NCBI GenBank assembly: GCA_035450165.1
Contig: DAOTMI010000001.1
Span: 45,888-109,887 of the forward strand
Reading direction: 5' to 3'
DNA length: 64,000 nt
Origin: Candidatus Woesebacteria bacterium
GTDB taxonomy: Bacteria > Patescibacteriota > Microgenomatia > UBA12405
Of the stretch, positions 1 through 10,301 are shown piece by piece. Below the pieces are notes generated by a model. That model was not told the DNA's origin. It saw only the letters and a program-made list of their open reading frames with translations, and searched no databases. A program made the translations under genes and the position numbers. Each line of letters starts with the position of its first letter. Position 1 is the stretch's first letter.

Positions 1-920
1 TGCTTCCAGCCAAAACCTTTATCTTTCAGCCAGATATCAATAATTTTTAACGATTTTTCACCAACATTTCTAGCTCTACTTACTTCAGATCGACCAGCTT
101 TAACCAAATTATCAATCGTACTAAAACCAGCCTTTTTAAGGGCATTGATAACCCTCAAAGGTAATTCAATTTCCTCCACTGACATATCAATTCCCATCGT
201 CGCGGCGGGATTAGCTGATAAAGTTACCACTTCTTCACTAAATTCCCTTGGCTCCACAATCTGATTAAAAGCAGCAACCAAATCTTTAGCCGAATATTTC
301 AAAGCTGTCCTTGGTTCAATCGAACCGTCAGTCCAAATTTCTACCGTTAATTTATCATAATTAGTTTTTTTGCCTAATCGAGTCGGCTCAACCGTATAAT
401 TAACTTTAGTTACCGGCGTAAAGGTAGCATCTAAAATAATCTCGCCGACAATATCAGTTTTCTGCTCCCGGGCCATGGTATAACCTACTCCTGACTCTAC
501 GGTCAACTCCATTTTTAACGATGTCTTTTTATCAGTAATAGTAGCAATAAATTGATCTTTGTTGACAACACGGCACAAATCACTGTCTTCAATATCGGCG
601 GCAGTTACCGGTCCCATTCCTTTTTTATTTAAATAAAGAACTATTGGTTTCTCTGATTTATAAATAAACTTTACTTTTTTAAGATTCAAAGATATTTCTA
701 CCAAATCTTCTTTAATTCCTGGCAAACTGGTAAATAAATGGTTGGCTCCCTCTACCTTAATTCGGGTAATAGCTGCTCCCGGAATTGTTATAAACAAAAC
801 TCTTCGAAGAGAATTACCCAACGTATGGCCAAACCCCATTGGTAATGGACCCATTTCAAACTTGCCGTAATCTTTGGTTTGTTTTACGGTTTTAACATTA
901 AATTTGCTTGTATCAATCAT
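1..920 (-). CDS. rpoA: DNA-directed RNA polymerase alpha subunit (3' end runs off window)
   Basis: Not in ORF track. Manual translation from ATG at 920: MIDTSKFNVK...GPLPMGFGHTLGNSLRRVL...DATFTPVTKVNYTVEPTRLGKKTNYDKLTVEIWTDGSI...NVGEKSLKIIDIWL. Follows rpsD. Confidence 0.97.
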   Translation of the reverse strand, partial: MIDTSKFNVKTVKQTKDYGKFEMGPLPMGFGHTLGNSLRRVLFITIPGAAITRIKVEGANHLFTSLPGIKEDLVEISLNLKKVKFIYKSEKPIVLYLNKKGMGPVTAADIEDSDLCRVVNKDQFIATITDKKTSLKMELTVESGVGYTMAREQKTDIVGEIILDATFTPVTKVNYTVEPTRLGKKTNYDKLTVEIWTDGSIEPRTALKYSAKDLVAAFNQIVEPREFSEEVVTLSANPAATMGIDMSVEEIELPLRVINALKKAGFSTIDNLVKAGRSEVSRARNVGEKSLKIIDIWLKDKGFGWK

Positions 921-924
921 AGTT

Positions 925-1557
925 TTACCTTGAATAATATTCAATAATTAAATTAAGATCAATGTCGGTGGGTAGATCCTCTTTAGTCGGTAAAGAGGTT
1001 ACCTCGACCATTAATTTATTTTTATCTACTTTAAGCCAATTTAACGGCTTAAAATCTTTGGCAGCAACAGGGAGAGATTCACCAAATCCGTCGCTAGTCA
1101 GTTTATCTACAGCAATTATATCTCCTGGTTTAATCTGATAAGAATTAATATTAACCTTTTTGTTGTTAACTAAAATATGTCTATGACTGATAAATTGTTT
1201 TGCCTGAGAACGGGAGGAACTTAAACCAGCCCGATAAACTACATTATCTAAGCGGCGTTCTAAAAGAATCTGTAAATTATCACCAACCAAGCCTTTAAGT
1301 TTTTTAGCTTTAAGATAATAATTTTTGAATTGAGCCTCAGCGACACCATAAAGACGTTTAGCCTTTTGTTTAGCTCGCAACTGCAAACCATAGGCCGAGA
1401 TTTTTGACCTTCTTTTGACTCCATGCATCCCCGGTTGAACTGCTCCTTTCTTTTCAATTGGACATTTAGCACCATCACAACGGCTCCCTTTCAAATAAAG
1501 TTTCTGTCCCTCAGCCCGGCATAAACGACACTTTGAATTAACCGTAATCCTCGACAT
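925..1557 (-). CDS. rpsD: 30S ribosomal protein S4
   Basis: CRLCRAEG, LERRLDNVVYRAG, S4 domain, IIEYYSR end. Confidence 0.98.
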   Translation of the reverse strand: MSRITVNSKCRLCRAEGQKLYLKGSRCDGAKCPIEKKGAVQPGMHGVKRRSKISAYGLQLRAKQKAKRLYGVAEAQFKNYYLKAKKLKGLVGDNLQILLERRLDNVVYRAGLSSSRSQAKQFISHRHILVNNKKVNINSYQIKPGDIIAVDKLTSDGFGESLPVAAKDFKPLNWLKVDKNKLMVEVTSLPTKEDLPTDIDLNLIIEYYSR

Positions 1558-1559
1558 AA

Positions 1560-1946
1560 TTAAATTCTCCTCCTTTTAGGCGGCCGGGGGCCATTATGAG
1601 GTAATGGGGTAACATCGGCAATTTGCTCTATTTCAAAATCTTTTTTAGCTCTCAAAAAACGAAGAGTTGCATCACGACCAACCCCTGGTCCTTTTAAATA
1701 AACCCATAATCTTTTGATCCCCATCGGCTTTACCGCCCCCAAAGCTTTTTCTAAAGCGATCGAAGCAGCAAAGGGAGTGGCCTTCTTAGCCCCCTTAAAA
1801 CCACAATGGCCGGCCGATGACCAGCTTAAAACATTGCCTTTGGGATCAGTAACCGTAACAATAGTGTTGTTAAAAGAAGAGTAAACATAGAGCCGTCCTT
1901 CGGCAAAACTTTTGATTACTTTCTTTTTAATTTTTTCTCCTGTCAT
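1560..1946 (-). CDS. rpsK: 30S ribosomal protein S11
   Basis: SSFNNTIVTVTD, DVTPLPHNGPRPPKRRR. Confidence 0.98.
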   Translation of the reverse strand: MTGEKIKKKVIKSFAEGRLYVYSSFNNTIVTVTDPKGNVLSWSSAGHCGFKGAKKATPFAASIALEKALGAVKPMGIKRLWVYLKGPGVGRDATLRFLRAKKDFEIEQIADVTPLPHNGPRPPKRRRI

Positions 1947-2398
1947 TATTGTTTACTGGTTTCATCCGTTGGCGTTACGGAGGGAACCGTTTCCCCTTTT
2001 TCTTTTTGTTGGGCGGCTTCAATCTTAGCCCACGCTTCCTTAGTTAACGAACCAACCGTCTTTCGCTTGCCTTTACGAGTCCGGGCATTGGATCTGGTTC
2101 GTTGGCCACGGACCGGCAGACCTATCAAATGACGTAAACCGCGGTAACTTCTAATTGCTTTCAATCGTTCAATATTTTCTCTTATCTCCTTCCTTAAATC
2201 CCCTTCAATTTTATAATTTTCCAAAACTTTCATTAGATCAGCCACTTCTTCCCGAGTCAAATCTTTAATCCGCTTATCAACGGAAATATGGGTAAGGGCT
2301 AATAATTCTCGGGCCATAGCCGGGCCAATGCCATAAAAACTGGTTAAACCAACCTCAGCTCTTTCGTTGTCTGGTATTTCAACTCCTAAAATTCTCAT
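1946..2398 (-). CDS. rpsM: 30S ribosomal protein S13 (C-terminal extension)
   Basis: YRGLRHLIGLPVRGQRTRSNARTRKG. Confidence 0.98.
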   Translation of the reverse strand: MRILGVEIPDNERAEVGLTSFYGIGPAMARELLALTHISVDKRIKDLTREEVADLMKVLENYKIEGDLRKEIRENIERLKAIRSYRGLRHLIGLPVRGQRTRSNARTRKGKRKTVGSLTKEAWAKIEAAQQKEKGETVPSVTPTDETSKQ

Positions 2399-2403
2399 TA
2401 TAA

Positions 2404-2517
2404 TTACCCCTGTCTTTGGGAATGTTTTTTAATAGGACAAATAACCCGCCGCACTCCTCGGCGAATAACCACCTGACAACTGCGACATCGACGTTTAACA
2501 CTCGACTTAACTTTCAT
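2404..2517 (-). CDS. rpmJ: 50S ribosomal protein L36
   Basis: Below ORF-track cutoff. Manual translation [37 protein letters not shown]. Confidence 0.97.
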   Translation of the reverse strand: MKVKSSVKRRCRSCQVVIRRGVRRVICPIKKHSQRQG

Positions 2518-2573
2518 AAAATAACTTGGATATTGTAACCTAAAATCGGCTGAATATCAAAGAGTAAATTTAA

Positions 2574-2777
2574 TTAACCACGGTAGACAATTCGACCTTT
2601 TTTACCGTCGGGACTTAAAACTAGAGAAACGGTATCGCCGGCCAAACAGCGGATATGGTTCATTTTAAGTCTACCTGCTGCATAGGCAATAATCACATTG
2701 CCATTTTCGAGTCGAACTCGAAATAAGGCATCAGGTAAAACCTCAACTACTACCCCTTTTATGGTTGGTTCTTTCAT
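2574..2777 (-). CDS. infA: Translation initiation factor IF-1
   Basis: GVVVEVLPDALFRVRLENG...GDTV...KGRIVYR. Confidence 0.96.
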   Translation of the reverse strand: MKEPTIKGVVVEVLPDALFRVRLENGNVIIAYAAGRLKMNHIRCLAGDTVSLVLSPDGKKGRIVYRG

Positions 2778-3379
2778 TATTTTTCAACTAATAAATTAAG
2801 TTTGGTATTAATTAAGGAACAAATATCAGCAAAAATTGGATCAATCGGACGATTACCTTCAATTCTCCAAAGTTTGTTTTTTGACTGAAAATAATCAAGG
2901 ATGGGATTAATAGTTTCTTCGTATGATTTCTGCCTAGCAGCAATACTGGCTGGGGTTTCATCGGTGCGGCCAACATTGGAAAAGCGATGACCTGCCTCGG
3001 CTTGAATTGTTCGTCTCTTGATTATCTCTTCAAAAGTAACATCAAGGTGGATAATTGCATCTATTGCTTGCTGTTTACTAGTTAAATATTGCTCCATCAT
3101 AACTCCTTGATCAAAATGACGAGGAAAACCATCAATAATAAAGTTTTGATTATTAACGGTCTCCAATTTTGCAGTTAATATGCGGTAAATTAGAGGATTA
3201 GGTACCCATCGACCTTGATCTACATAAACCTTAGCTTCCAAACCAAGAACTGATTGCTCAGCCATTTCATCTCTTAATAATTGGCCCATGGAAAAATGGG
3301 TCAAACCATATTTTTCAGCAATCAATTTAGCCTGAGTTGACTTGCCGCAACCAGAGGGACCAATAATAAATAAATTCAT
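2777..3379 (-). CDS. adk: Adenylate kinase (short form, no LID domain)
   Basis: P-loop GPSGCGKST, IIDGFPR; located after secY. Confidence 0.9.
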   Translation of the reverse strand: MNLFIIGPSGCGKSTQAKLIAEKYGLTHFSMGQLLRDEMAEQSVLGLEAKVYVDQGRWVPNPLIYRILTAKLETVNNQNFIIDGFPRHFDQGVMMEQYLTSKQQAIDAIIHLDVTFEEIIKRRTIQAEAGHRFSNVGRTDETPASIAARQKSYEETINPILDYFQSKNKLWRIEGNRPIDPIFADICSLINTKLNLLVEK

Positions 3380-3382
3380 AAA

Positions 3383-4660
3383 TTAATAGGTTAATTTTTC
3401 ATAATTATAACTTTGGACAACATTTTCAATCTTACGGGTTAACTCAATCACCACCGAAACGATAATTAAAATACCAGTGCCACTGATAGAAAGGGTGGTG
3501 AGTCCAGTTGCTTTCTGAAGTAATGAAGGAACAATGGCGATTAAACCTAAAAAAACAGCCCCAATGGCAATAACCCTGGTAATTAAATACTGGAGCCGGG
3601 TTTGAGTAGAAACACCAGGACGAATGCCGGGAATAAAAGCTCCGGTTTTTCTCAGTTCATCGGCAATATCCTTGGGTTTAAAAATAACTGAGGTATAAAA
3701 AAAGGTAAAAGCAACTACCAAAAGAAAATAAAAAATCACATAAACAGAACTATCGGCCCGAAAAGTTCTGGCTAAAAAAGTTCCAAACTGACCGACACCA
3801 CCTGGGATCCGGCTTAAAAACTGTCCCAACAGAGACGGAATTGTGGCTAAAGAAACAGCAAAGATAATCGGCATTACTCCCGCCGTGTCAACTTTAATTG
3901 GTAAAAAAGTAGTCTGCCCTCTTCGGGCATAATGAACCGGCACCCGTAAAACCGCCTCTTCAACAAAAACTACTCCTAAAATGATTATTAATGCTAGAGC
4001 TAGATAAATAAATATATTAAAAACATTTTGAGAATTGGATAAATCAGTTAAAGAAAAAGTCTGATAGAAACTTACCGGTAAATGAGAAATAATACTACCA
4101 AAAATCATCATGGAAATACCGTTGCCAACTCCGTAAAGATTAATCATTTCTCCCAAAAACACCATAATCATGGTGCCGCTTACCATACTGATCGCCAGAG
4201 CTATTAAAGATAATGGTGACAAAGAAATAATAATTTGCTGGGAACGAAGTAAACTGTACATCCCAATTGATTGAATTAAGGCAATCGGAATAGTAGCGAC
4301 ACGAATATATTGATTAATTCGAGCCCGGCCATATTCTCCTTCCTTTTGCAACTCGGCTAATTGAGGAATCACTAAAGCCAATAATTGCATCATTACTGAA
4401 GCATTGATATATGGATTAAGACCCAGGGCAACGATAGAAAAATTAGCTAAAGTACCGCCGGAAAACATATTCACCAAAGCTAAAATTTGATTCTGATTAA
4501 AAAATTTTTGCATTAAAGCCAAATTAACTCCCGGAACGGGAATATGAGCAATTAAACGAAAGATTACCAACATTGCTAAAGTAAACAAAATCTTTTGACG
4601 TAAAACAGGGATTGTTATCGCTTCTTTATAAACTGAAAGAGAGTGGATCAGCTTATTCAT
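3383..4660 (-). CDS. secY: Preprotein translocase subunit SecY
   Basis: SIVALGLNPYINAS, GVGNGIS, AGVMPIIFA, FIPGIRPG. Confidence 0.98.
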   Translation of the reverse strand: MNKLIHSLSVYKEAITIPVLRQKILFTLAMLVIFRLIAHIPVPGVNLALMQKFFNQNQILALVNMFSGGTLANFSIVALGLNPYINASVMMQLLALVIPQLAELQKEGEYGRARINQYIRVATIPIALIQSIGMYSLLRSQQIIISLSPLSLIALAISMVSGTMIMVFLGEMINLYGVGNGISMMIFGSIISHLPVSFYQTFSLTDLSNSQNVFNIFIYLALALIIILGVVFVEEAVLRVPVHYARRGQTTFLPIKVDTAGVMPIIFAVSLATIPSLLGQFLSRIPGGVGQFGTFLARTFRADSSVYVIFYFLLVVAFTFFYTSVIFKPKDIADELRKTGAFIPGIRPGVSTQTRLQYLITRVIAIGAVFLGLIAIVPSLLQKATGLTTLSISGTGILIIVSVVIELTRKIENVVQSYNYEKLTY

Positions 4661-5045
4661 TTATTTTTTTTCTAGCCGAGGCTGACATTGGTATATCTTT
4701 TAAAACCAATTTCTTCTTAATTTTACCATTAGCTAAAATTTTTACCGGAAAATCAAATTTAACTGTTTCTCCTTCCTTAAAATGGGCTTCTAAATAGTCA
4801 AGACTAACTGCCTGAGGTTTAGTCTTGACTCCAAGACGGTGTTTACCGCGCAAAAACGGCAGTCTTTTAATATAACCCTTTTTAACTTTAGTCCCGTCAA
4901 AAATAAGGGGAACTTTTCCTCTAGATTTATCACCTTTTTGACCACGGCCACTGGTATGACCTCCCTTTTTTGAGCCATATCCCCGTCCTAAACGCCGAGC
5001 TGGTTTATTAGTAATTTTTTCTAAATGTGACAAAATTAAGTTCAT
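4653..5045 (-). CDS. rplO: 50S ribosomal protein L15 (start adjusted to ATG 5045)
   Basis: RRLGRGYGSKKGGHTSGRGQKG; ATGA overlap with rpsE stop. Confidence 0.93.
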   Translation of the reverse strand: MNLILSHLEKITNKPARRLGRGYGSKKGGHTSGRGQKGDKSRGKVPLIFDGTKVKKGYIKRLPFLRGKHRLGVKTKPQAVSLDYLEAHFKEGETVKFDFPVKILANGKIKKKLVLKDIPMSASARKKINE

Positions 5046-5488
5046 TCTTGTAAACAACCAAGGGCTTTGAAGGTAGCCCAAACATTTAACGACTTATTCT
5101 TAGAACCAATAATCTTACTTACTATATCCTTAATTCCGGCCAATTCAACCACTGTTCTCACTGATCCGCCAGCAATAATGCCGCTGCCAGCTTTTCCTGG
5201 ACGAAGCAAAACCACCGCACTTTTAAGTTTAATTTTAATTACCTGAGAAATAGTACCATTAACAATGGGAACCTTAATCAAATTTTTCTGGGCTTTCTTA
5301 GTTCCTTTAGCTACGGCATCAGCTACCGACTTAGCTTTCCCTAAACCAACTCCTACTTGACCCTTGCCATCACCTACTACCACTAAGGCCGTAAAATGGA
5401 TTTGATTACCACCTTTAGTTTTCTTGGAAACCCGTTTTATTTCTATTACCTTATTATTTAATTCGGACGTTTCTTTTTCTTCTGTCAT
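5042..5488 (-). CDS. rpsE: 30S ribosomal protein S5
   Basis: IKRVSKKTKGG, ALVVVGDGKG, GSGIIAGG. Confidence 0.98.
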   Translation of the reverse strand: MTEEKETSELNNKVIEIKRVSKKTKGGNQIHFTALVVVGDGKGQVGVGLGKAKSVADAVAKGTKKAQKNLIKVPIVNGTISQVIKIKLKSAVVLLRPGKAGSGIIAGGSVRTVVELAGIKDIVSKIIGSKNKSLNVWATFKALGCLQE

Positions 5489-5829
5489 AGTTTTAAACCT
5501 CCTTGTCTAGCCCCCTCGGCAACGGCTTTAATCCGGCCATGATAACGGCTTAGACCACGATCAAATCTAACTTGGTTGATATTTTGTGCTAAGGCCAATT
5601 TAGCCAATTGTTTACCTAACTCAAACGCTTTTTCTGTTTTAGTCCCCTTAGTTTCCTTAAGGTTTTTAGTTGAAAAAGCAACTAAAGTTCGGCCATTTTG
5701 ATCGTCAACAATCTGGGCCCAAAGATGCTGATTACTTCTGAAAACACTCAAGCGGGGTATTTCCTGATTATGACTCAGTTTAGCCCGAACTCTTTTAAGA
5801 CGACGAATTTGATGATCTTTAATTATCAT
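5485..5829 (-). CDS. rplR: 50S ribosomal protein L18
   Basis: PRLSVFRSNQH, FDRG..YHGRIKAVAEGAR. Confidence 0.97.
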   Translation of the reverse strand: MIIKDHQIRRLKRVRAKLSHNQEIPRLSVFRSNQHLWAQIVDDQNGRTLVAFSTKNLKETKGTKTEKAFELGKQLAKLALAQNINQVRFDRGLSRYHGRIKAVAEGARQGGLKL

Positions 5830-5831
5830 AG

Positions 5832-6371
5832 TTAAACTTTTGCCTTTTTACCAGCCTTTAACTTAATAAATTCACCTAAATAACGAATTCCCTTACCTTT
5901 ATAAGGCTCGACTTTTCTAATTTTTCGGATATTACTAGCTGTTTGACCAACCACTTCTTTATCAGCACCACTAATAGTAATTTTAGTATCTTCATCAACC
6001 ACGGCGGTAATCCCATCAGGTAAAACCATTTCGACCGGCTTAATATAACCAGCCCAAACTTTTAACTGATTACCATTAATCTGAGCTTTATAACCAGTAC
6101 CTCGAATCTCCAGTTTTTTCTCCCAAGGAACCACTACTCCTTTAACCATATTATTTAATCGGGCCCGAATTGTTCCATGATTAGCTCGAGACTGCCGCTC
6201 ATCGGTTTGACGACTAACCAAAAGAAGATTGTCCTCTATTTTAACTTCAATTTTAGGAGGAAGATGTAATTTTAAATCACCCTTAGGTCCTATCACCTCT
6301 ATTTCTCTCCCTTTCGTTATGATTTTTACTTCATTCGGAACAATAATAGCTTGCTTACCAATTCGACTCAT
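5832..6371 (-). CDS. rplF: 50S ribosomal protein L6
   Basis: MSRIGK, EPYKGKGIRY. Confidence 0.98.
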   Translation of the reverse strand: MSRIGKQAIIVPNEVKIITKGREIEVIGPKGDLKLHLPPKIEVKIEDNLLLVSRQTDERQSRANHGTIRARLNNMVKGVVVPWEKKLEIRGTGYKAQINGNQLKVWAGYIKPVEMVLPDGITAVVDEDTKITISGADKEVVGQTASNIRKIRKVEPYKGKGIRYLGEFIKLKAGKKAKV

Positions 6372-6390
6372 TTCTTGAAATTTTTAATTT

Positions 6391-6753
6391 TTAATTAATT
6401 TCAGCAATTAATTTACCACCAAGATGAAGTTTAGCTGCCTGACGTTGAGACATAACTCCCTTGGAAGTGGAAATAATAATTAACGAAGACCGACTCTTAC
6501 CCCACGGTATACGGCTGGATTTAGTATAAAGAACTCGCCCTGGGGTAGAAAAAAATCTAACTTCACTAACCCGATTGATCTTTGCCGTCAAAGTTTTTCC
6601 TTCAACCTTATAACTTTCAATAAAACCGTGTTTTTTAAGTAATTCAGAAATGGCCACTAAATGCTTCGAAACAGGAGCAGTAACTGTTTTTTTTCCTGCC
6701 TGTGAGGCATTTTTAAGCCGAATCAGATAATCGTTGACTAAAGATAAGATCAT
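6391..6753 (-). CDS. rpsH: 30S ribosomal protein S8 (short, divergent)
   Basis: DYLIRLKNA, STPGRVLY, IISTSKGVMS; spc operon position; ATG at 6753. Confidence 0.93.
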   Translation of the reverse strand: MILSLVNDYLIRLKNASQAGKKTVTAPVSKHLVAISELLKKHGFIESYKVEGKTLTAKINRVSEVRFFSTPGRVLYTKSSRIPWGKSRSSLIIISTSKGVMSQRQAAKLHLGGKLIAEIN

Positions 6754-6755
6754 TT

Positions 6756-6941
6756 TTACCAACTCGCCTTTTTTACTCCTGGCAGAACCCCTTCTTGGGT
6801 TAACTTTCTAAAACAAAGACGACAAACACCAAAAAAACGAATATAACCTCGGGGCCGACCGCAAAGCTGGCACCGATTGTGATACCTCACCTTATATTTT
6901 AATTTTTTTTGTTCTCTAACTTTTTTTGCTAAAGTAGCCAT
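6756..6941 (-). CDS. rpsN: 30S ribosomal protein S14 type Z (zinc-binding)
   Basis: [10 protein letters not shown]...CRLCFR...LPGVKKASW. Confidence 0.97.
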   Translation of the reverse strand: MATLAKKVREQKKLKYKVRYHNRCQLCGRPRGYIRFFGVCRLCFRKLTQEGVLPGVKKASW

Positions 6942-6943
6942 AT

Positions 6944-7474
6944 TTATTTTTTCTCAAAAACGCAACCTAGGGCAGATAATAACATTTTTGCCTCTTCTTT
7001 GGAAGCAGTGGTTATATTCAGGGTAATTTGGATTGGTCTGATTTTATTAACCTTATTTAAATTAATTTCCGGAAAATAAGTCTGATCTTTAATAATTAAA
7101 CTATAATTACCTTGATCATCAAACGACGTAGTTGGCAATCCTTTGAAATCGCGTAAACGCGGTAAAACTAAATTAAATAATCTTTCAACAAAATCATACA
7201 TTCTCTTTCCCCGCAGGGTTACTTTTAAAGCCAACGGTTCATTTTTTCTCACCTTAAAGGCTGAGACTGCTTTTTTAGCTCGACAAAGTTTGGGTTTCTG
7301 ACCGGTAATAGCCATTATCTCCTCGACAGCGGCTTGGAGCATTTCCGATGACTCTCGAGCTTCCTTAACCCGGTAATTAACCACCACCTTCTCAAGCCGC
7401 GGTAAAGAAAAAACATTTCTCGTTTTTCCCAACAATTCCGACAATTGTTTATTAATTTCTTTTGGGTCAATCAT
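6944..7474 (-). CDS. rplE: 50S ribosomal protein L5
   Basis: [36 protein letters not shown]. Confidence 0.97.
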   Translation of the reverse strand: MIDPKEINKQLSELLGKTRNVFSLPRLEKVVVNYRVKEARESSEMLQAAVEEIMAITGQKPKLCRAKKAVSAFKVRKNEPLALKVTLRGKRMYDFVERLFNLVLPRLRDFKGLPTTSFDDQGNYSLIIKDQTYFPEINLNKVNKIRPIQITLNITTASKEEAKMLLSALGCVFEKK

Positions 7475-7796
7475 GGCGGGTTTTAGTTAAACCAATAAGA
7501 GCTTGGCATTTTTTACAAAATCGGAATTTTTCCCCAGACTTATCAATTTTATAACCTATCCGAGTTGTTTTTTGACAGGAAGGACAAACCAAGGCCACTT
7601 TAGCAACTCTCAAGGGAAATTCTTTTTCGATAATACTACCCTTTTGATCTTTAGTCGCTCTAAGATGTTTCTTAAACAAATTAATTCCTTTCACTACAAC
7701 TGAATCTTTTTTAGGAAATACCTTGATTACCTCGCCTTCACGGCCCTTATCTTTACCAGACAAAATTTTTACCTTATCACCCTTTAAAATTTTCAT
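7467..7796 (-). CDS. rplX: 50S ribosomal protein L24 (start adjusted to ATG 7796)
   Basis: MKILKGDKVKILSGKDKG KOW motif; the track's longer ORF overlaps rplN. Confidence 0.96.
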   Translation of the reverse strand: MKILKGDKVKILSGKDKGREGEVIKVFPKKDSVVVKGINLFKKHLRATKDQKGSIIEKEFPLRVAKVALVCPSCQKTTRIGYKIDKSGEKFRFCKKCQALIGLTKTRHD

Positions 7797-7800
7797 TAGA

Positions 7801-8172
7801 TTAATAAACCTCCTTGGCCATTGAAACAATCTTATTAAAGCCCAAATCTTTAATTTCTCTAGCAATGGGTCCAAAAATGCGGGTACCCCGAGGGGCACCG
7901 GTGTTATCAATAATTACTCCGGCATTGTCGGAAAAGCGGATATAAGAACCATCCTTCCGTCCATATTCCTTTTTGGTTCTAACCACGACCATTTTTACCT
8001 TTTCTTTCTTTTTAACCATACTATTGGGAATAGCGTCCTTAACTACTGCCATTACCGTATCACCTATAGTAGCATTTCGGTGAAAATGACCACGATAAAC
8101 ATGGATAATCATCAAAGATCGGGCGCCACAATTGTCAGCGGCTTTAATGATTGATCTTAATTGTAAACTCAT
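7801..8172 (-). CDS. rplN: 50S ribosomal protein L14
   Basis: ADNCGAR, DGSYIRFSDNAGV, GTRIFGPIARE. Confidence 0.98.
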   Translation of the reverse strand: MSLQLRSIIKAADNCGARSLMIIHVYRGHFHRNATIGDTVMAVVKDAIPNSMVKKKEKVKMVVVRTKKEYGRKDGSYIRFSDNAGVIIDNTGAPRGTRIFGPIAREIKDLGFNKIVSMAKEVY

Positions 8173-8180
8173 TTGTGTTC

Positions 8181-8426
8181 TTAATTTTTAACTATAGCTA
8201 CGGTAGTAAAACGTTTTAATTTAGATAAAGGTCTAGTTTCACGAATTTTAACTCTATTTCCAATTTTAGCTTTTAAATTATTTTCTACATAAACCTTTTT
8301 ATTACTCCCTATAATTTTTTTATATAGGGGATGAGTCCGAGCTGTAGTCAGCTCTACCACTATTGTTCCTTCCATCTTATCACTGACAACTACTCCCGTA
8401 AAAAATTTCCCTTTTTTATTTTTCAT
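8181..8426 (-). CDS. rpsQ: 30S ribosomal protein S17
   Basis: GVVVSDKMEGTIVV, HPLYKK, ETRPLSKLKRF. Confidence 0.97.
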   Translation of the reverse strand: MKNKKGKFFTGVVVSDKMEGTIVVELTTARTHPLYKKIIGSNKKVYVENNLKAKIGNRVKIRETRPLSKLKRFTTVAIVKN

Positions 8427-8619
8427 CTTTTTTTTCTTTTAATAAAGTTTTGATAAAAGCAATTTCATACCTCATTTTTTTAAAAAGAGAGGTATTTTTA
8501 AGATTACCTATCGCAAATTTCGACTTGCTTTCTAGATATTTTTTTCTGGCTTCCTGAAGCAATTGCTCCAATTCAGTTTTGGTTTTTTGCCGATAGGCAA
8601 TTTTATCAGTTTTTTTCAT
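8416..8619 (-). CDS. rpmC: 50S ribosomal protein L29
   Basis: Position between rplP and rpsQ; GNLKNTS..KMRYEIAFIKTLLKEK. Confidence 0.9.
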   Translation of the reverse strand: MKKTDKIAYRQKTKTELEQLLQEARKKYLESKSKFAIGNLKNTSLFKKMRYEIAFIKTLLKEKKDEK

Positions 8620-9017
8620 AAACGGTTAACAATAATTGAAGTCACTGGTAATTTAATGGCGGCTAAACGCAGGGCCTGTTTAGCTTCTTCCTGACTAACA
8701 CCAGCTACTTCAAAAATAATCCGACCAGGTTTAACCACCGCCACATAACCTTTAACATCACCCTTGCCTGCCCCCATATGACTGCCGCCTTTTTGAGTTA
8801 TTGGCTTATCTGGAAAAATACGACACCACATTCGACCATTTCGTCTGGTCGCATGAGCAATAGCCCGGCGGGCCGCCTCTAATTGATTAGCCGTTATCCA
8901 ACCACACTCAGTAACTTTTAAACCATAATCACCAAAGGCAACTAAATTTCCCCGGCTAATACCGCCCATATGACCTCGAAATTGTTTTCGATATTTAGTT
9001 CGACCTGGTTGCAGCAT
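8616..9017 (-). CDS. rplP: 50S ribosomal protein L16
   Basis: MLQPGRTKYRKQFRG, RIFPDKPIT, MGAGKG. Confidence 0.98.
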   Translation of the reverse strand: MLQPGRTKYRKQFRGHMGGISRGNLVAFGDYGLKVTECGWITANQLEAARRAIAHATRRNGRMWCRIFPDKPITQKGGSHMGAGKGDVKGYVAVVKPGRIIFEVAGVSQEEAKQALRLAAIKLPVTSIIVNRL

Positions 9018-9024
9018 AAAATTA

Positions 9025-9666
9025 TTAACCTAAATTTAAATAAACTTTAACTCCAATATAACCAGAGCGGGTTAAAGAAGGACATTCAGCATAATCAATC
9101 CGACTTCTAATAGTTGACAAGGGTACTTTACCTTGGGAAAATTTTTCTCGACGGCTGATCTCAGCTCCATTAATCCGGCCGCTTAAAATAACTTTAATTC
9201 CTTTGGCGCCAGCTAACATCGCCTTTTCCATCGCTGAAAGAACCACCCGTCGGTAAGGCATTCTTTTAGCTAATTGAAAAGCAATTTTTTCTGCAATCAA
9301 TTTGGCTGATAAATCAGCATGCTTAAATTCCTCTACCTGAATTTCTAAATTTAATTTAGTGTGATCTTTAGCCATTAACTTATATAATTCCTTTTTTAAA
9401 ACCTCCAATTCTTTACCGCCCCGACCAATAACCAAACCCGGACGACTAACCACAAGAATAACTCTGATTTTTTTATTAGAACGTTCAATTCTCACGGCTA
9501 TAACACCAGCTGCATTTAGTTTCTTTTGAATAAAATCACGGATTTTTTTATCTTCCAATAAAAAGACAACGTAATTTTTACCGTCAGCATACCATGACGA
9601 TTGCCATTTAGGACTATTTTCACCCGTTTCTAATCGATAAGAAATCGGATTAACTTTTTGCCCCAT
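9025..9666 (-). CDS. rpsC: 30S ribosomal protein S3
   Basis: MGQKVNP, RPGLVIGRGG, SGRINGAEISR. Confidence 0.98.
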   Translation of the reverse strand: MGQKVNPISYRLETGENSPKWQSSWYADGKNYVVFLLEDKKIRDFIQKKLNAAGVIAVRIERSNKKIRVILVVSRPGLVIGRGGKELEVLKKELYKLMAKDHTKLNLEIQVEEFKHADLSAKLIAEKIAFQLAKRMPYRRVVLSAMEKAMLAGAKGIKVILSGRINGAEISRREKFSQGKVPLSTIRSRIDYAECPSLTRSGYIGVKVYLNLG

Positions 9667-10021
9667 AATTTGTTTCTTCGCCAGTTAAACTAATAATTAA
9701 ACGGCTATGACGTTTAATAATAATTCCCCGATTAAAACGGTAGCCATGGGAACGATCCATTCTTTTTATTTTAGTCCCCTCGTCCACTCTTATTTCTTTA
9801 AACTTTAATGAATCAGGGTTGAGATGATAATTATTTTTAGCGTCAGCAATGGCGTTATTTATTGCCAATTTTAGCATTCGGGCGGCTTTAGTATTGACGA
9901 ACTGAAGTCGTTTTACTGTTTCAAAAGGATTTAGTCTTTTTACCTCATTCACCAATAACCGCAACTTTCGCGGCGAAATCTTTAAATCTTTATCGAGATA
10001 AACAACAGTTTTAAGAGCCAT
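9650..10021 (-). CDS. rplV: 50S ribosomal protein L22
   Basis: ISPRKLRLL, AIADAKNN, VDEG. Confidence 0.95.
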   Translation of the reverse strand: MALKTVVYLDKDLKISPRKLRLLVNEVKRLNPFETVKRLQFVNTKAARMLKLAINNAIADAKNNYHLNPDSLKFKEIRVDEGTKIKRMDRSHGYRFNRGIIIKRHSRLIISLTGEETNYGAKS

Positions 10022-10024
10022 AGT

Positions 10025-10297
10025 TTAAGTTTTCTCAATTACTCTTTTAACTACTCGGCCATGACCTTTAAATGTCCGGGTTGGAGCAAATTCACCCAAC
10101 CGGTGACCAACCATATCTTCAGTTATATAAACGGAAATAAACTTTCGACCATTATGAACCTCGAAATGATGACCAACAAACTCCGGAGCAATTTGAGATG
10201 ACCGGCAATAAGTCCGAACAACACCTGATTGATTTTTGGCTATTTTATCAAATAATTTTTTATCAATAAATGGACCTTTTTTAGAACTTCTTGACAT
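10025..10297 (-). CDS. rpsS: 30S ribosomal protein S19
   Basis: [25 protein letters not shown]. Confidence 0.98.
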   Translation of the reverse strand: MSRSSKKGPFIDKKLFDKIAKNQSGVVRTYCRSSQIAPEFVGHHFEVHNGRKFISVYITEDMVGHRLGEFAPTRTFKGHGRVVKRVIEKT

Positions 10298-10301
10298 TAA
10301 A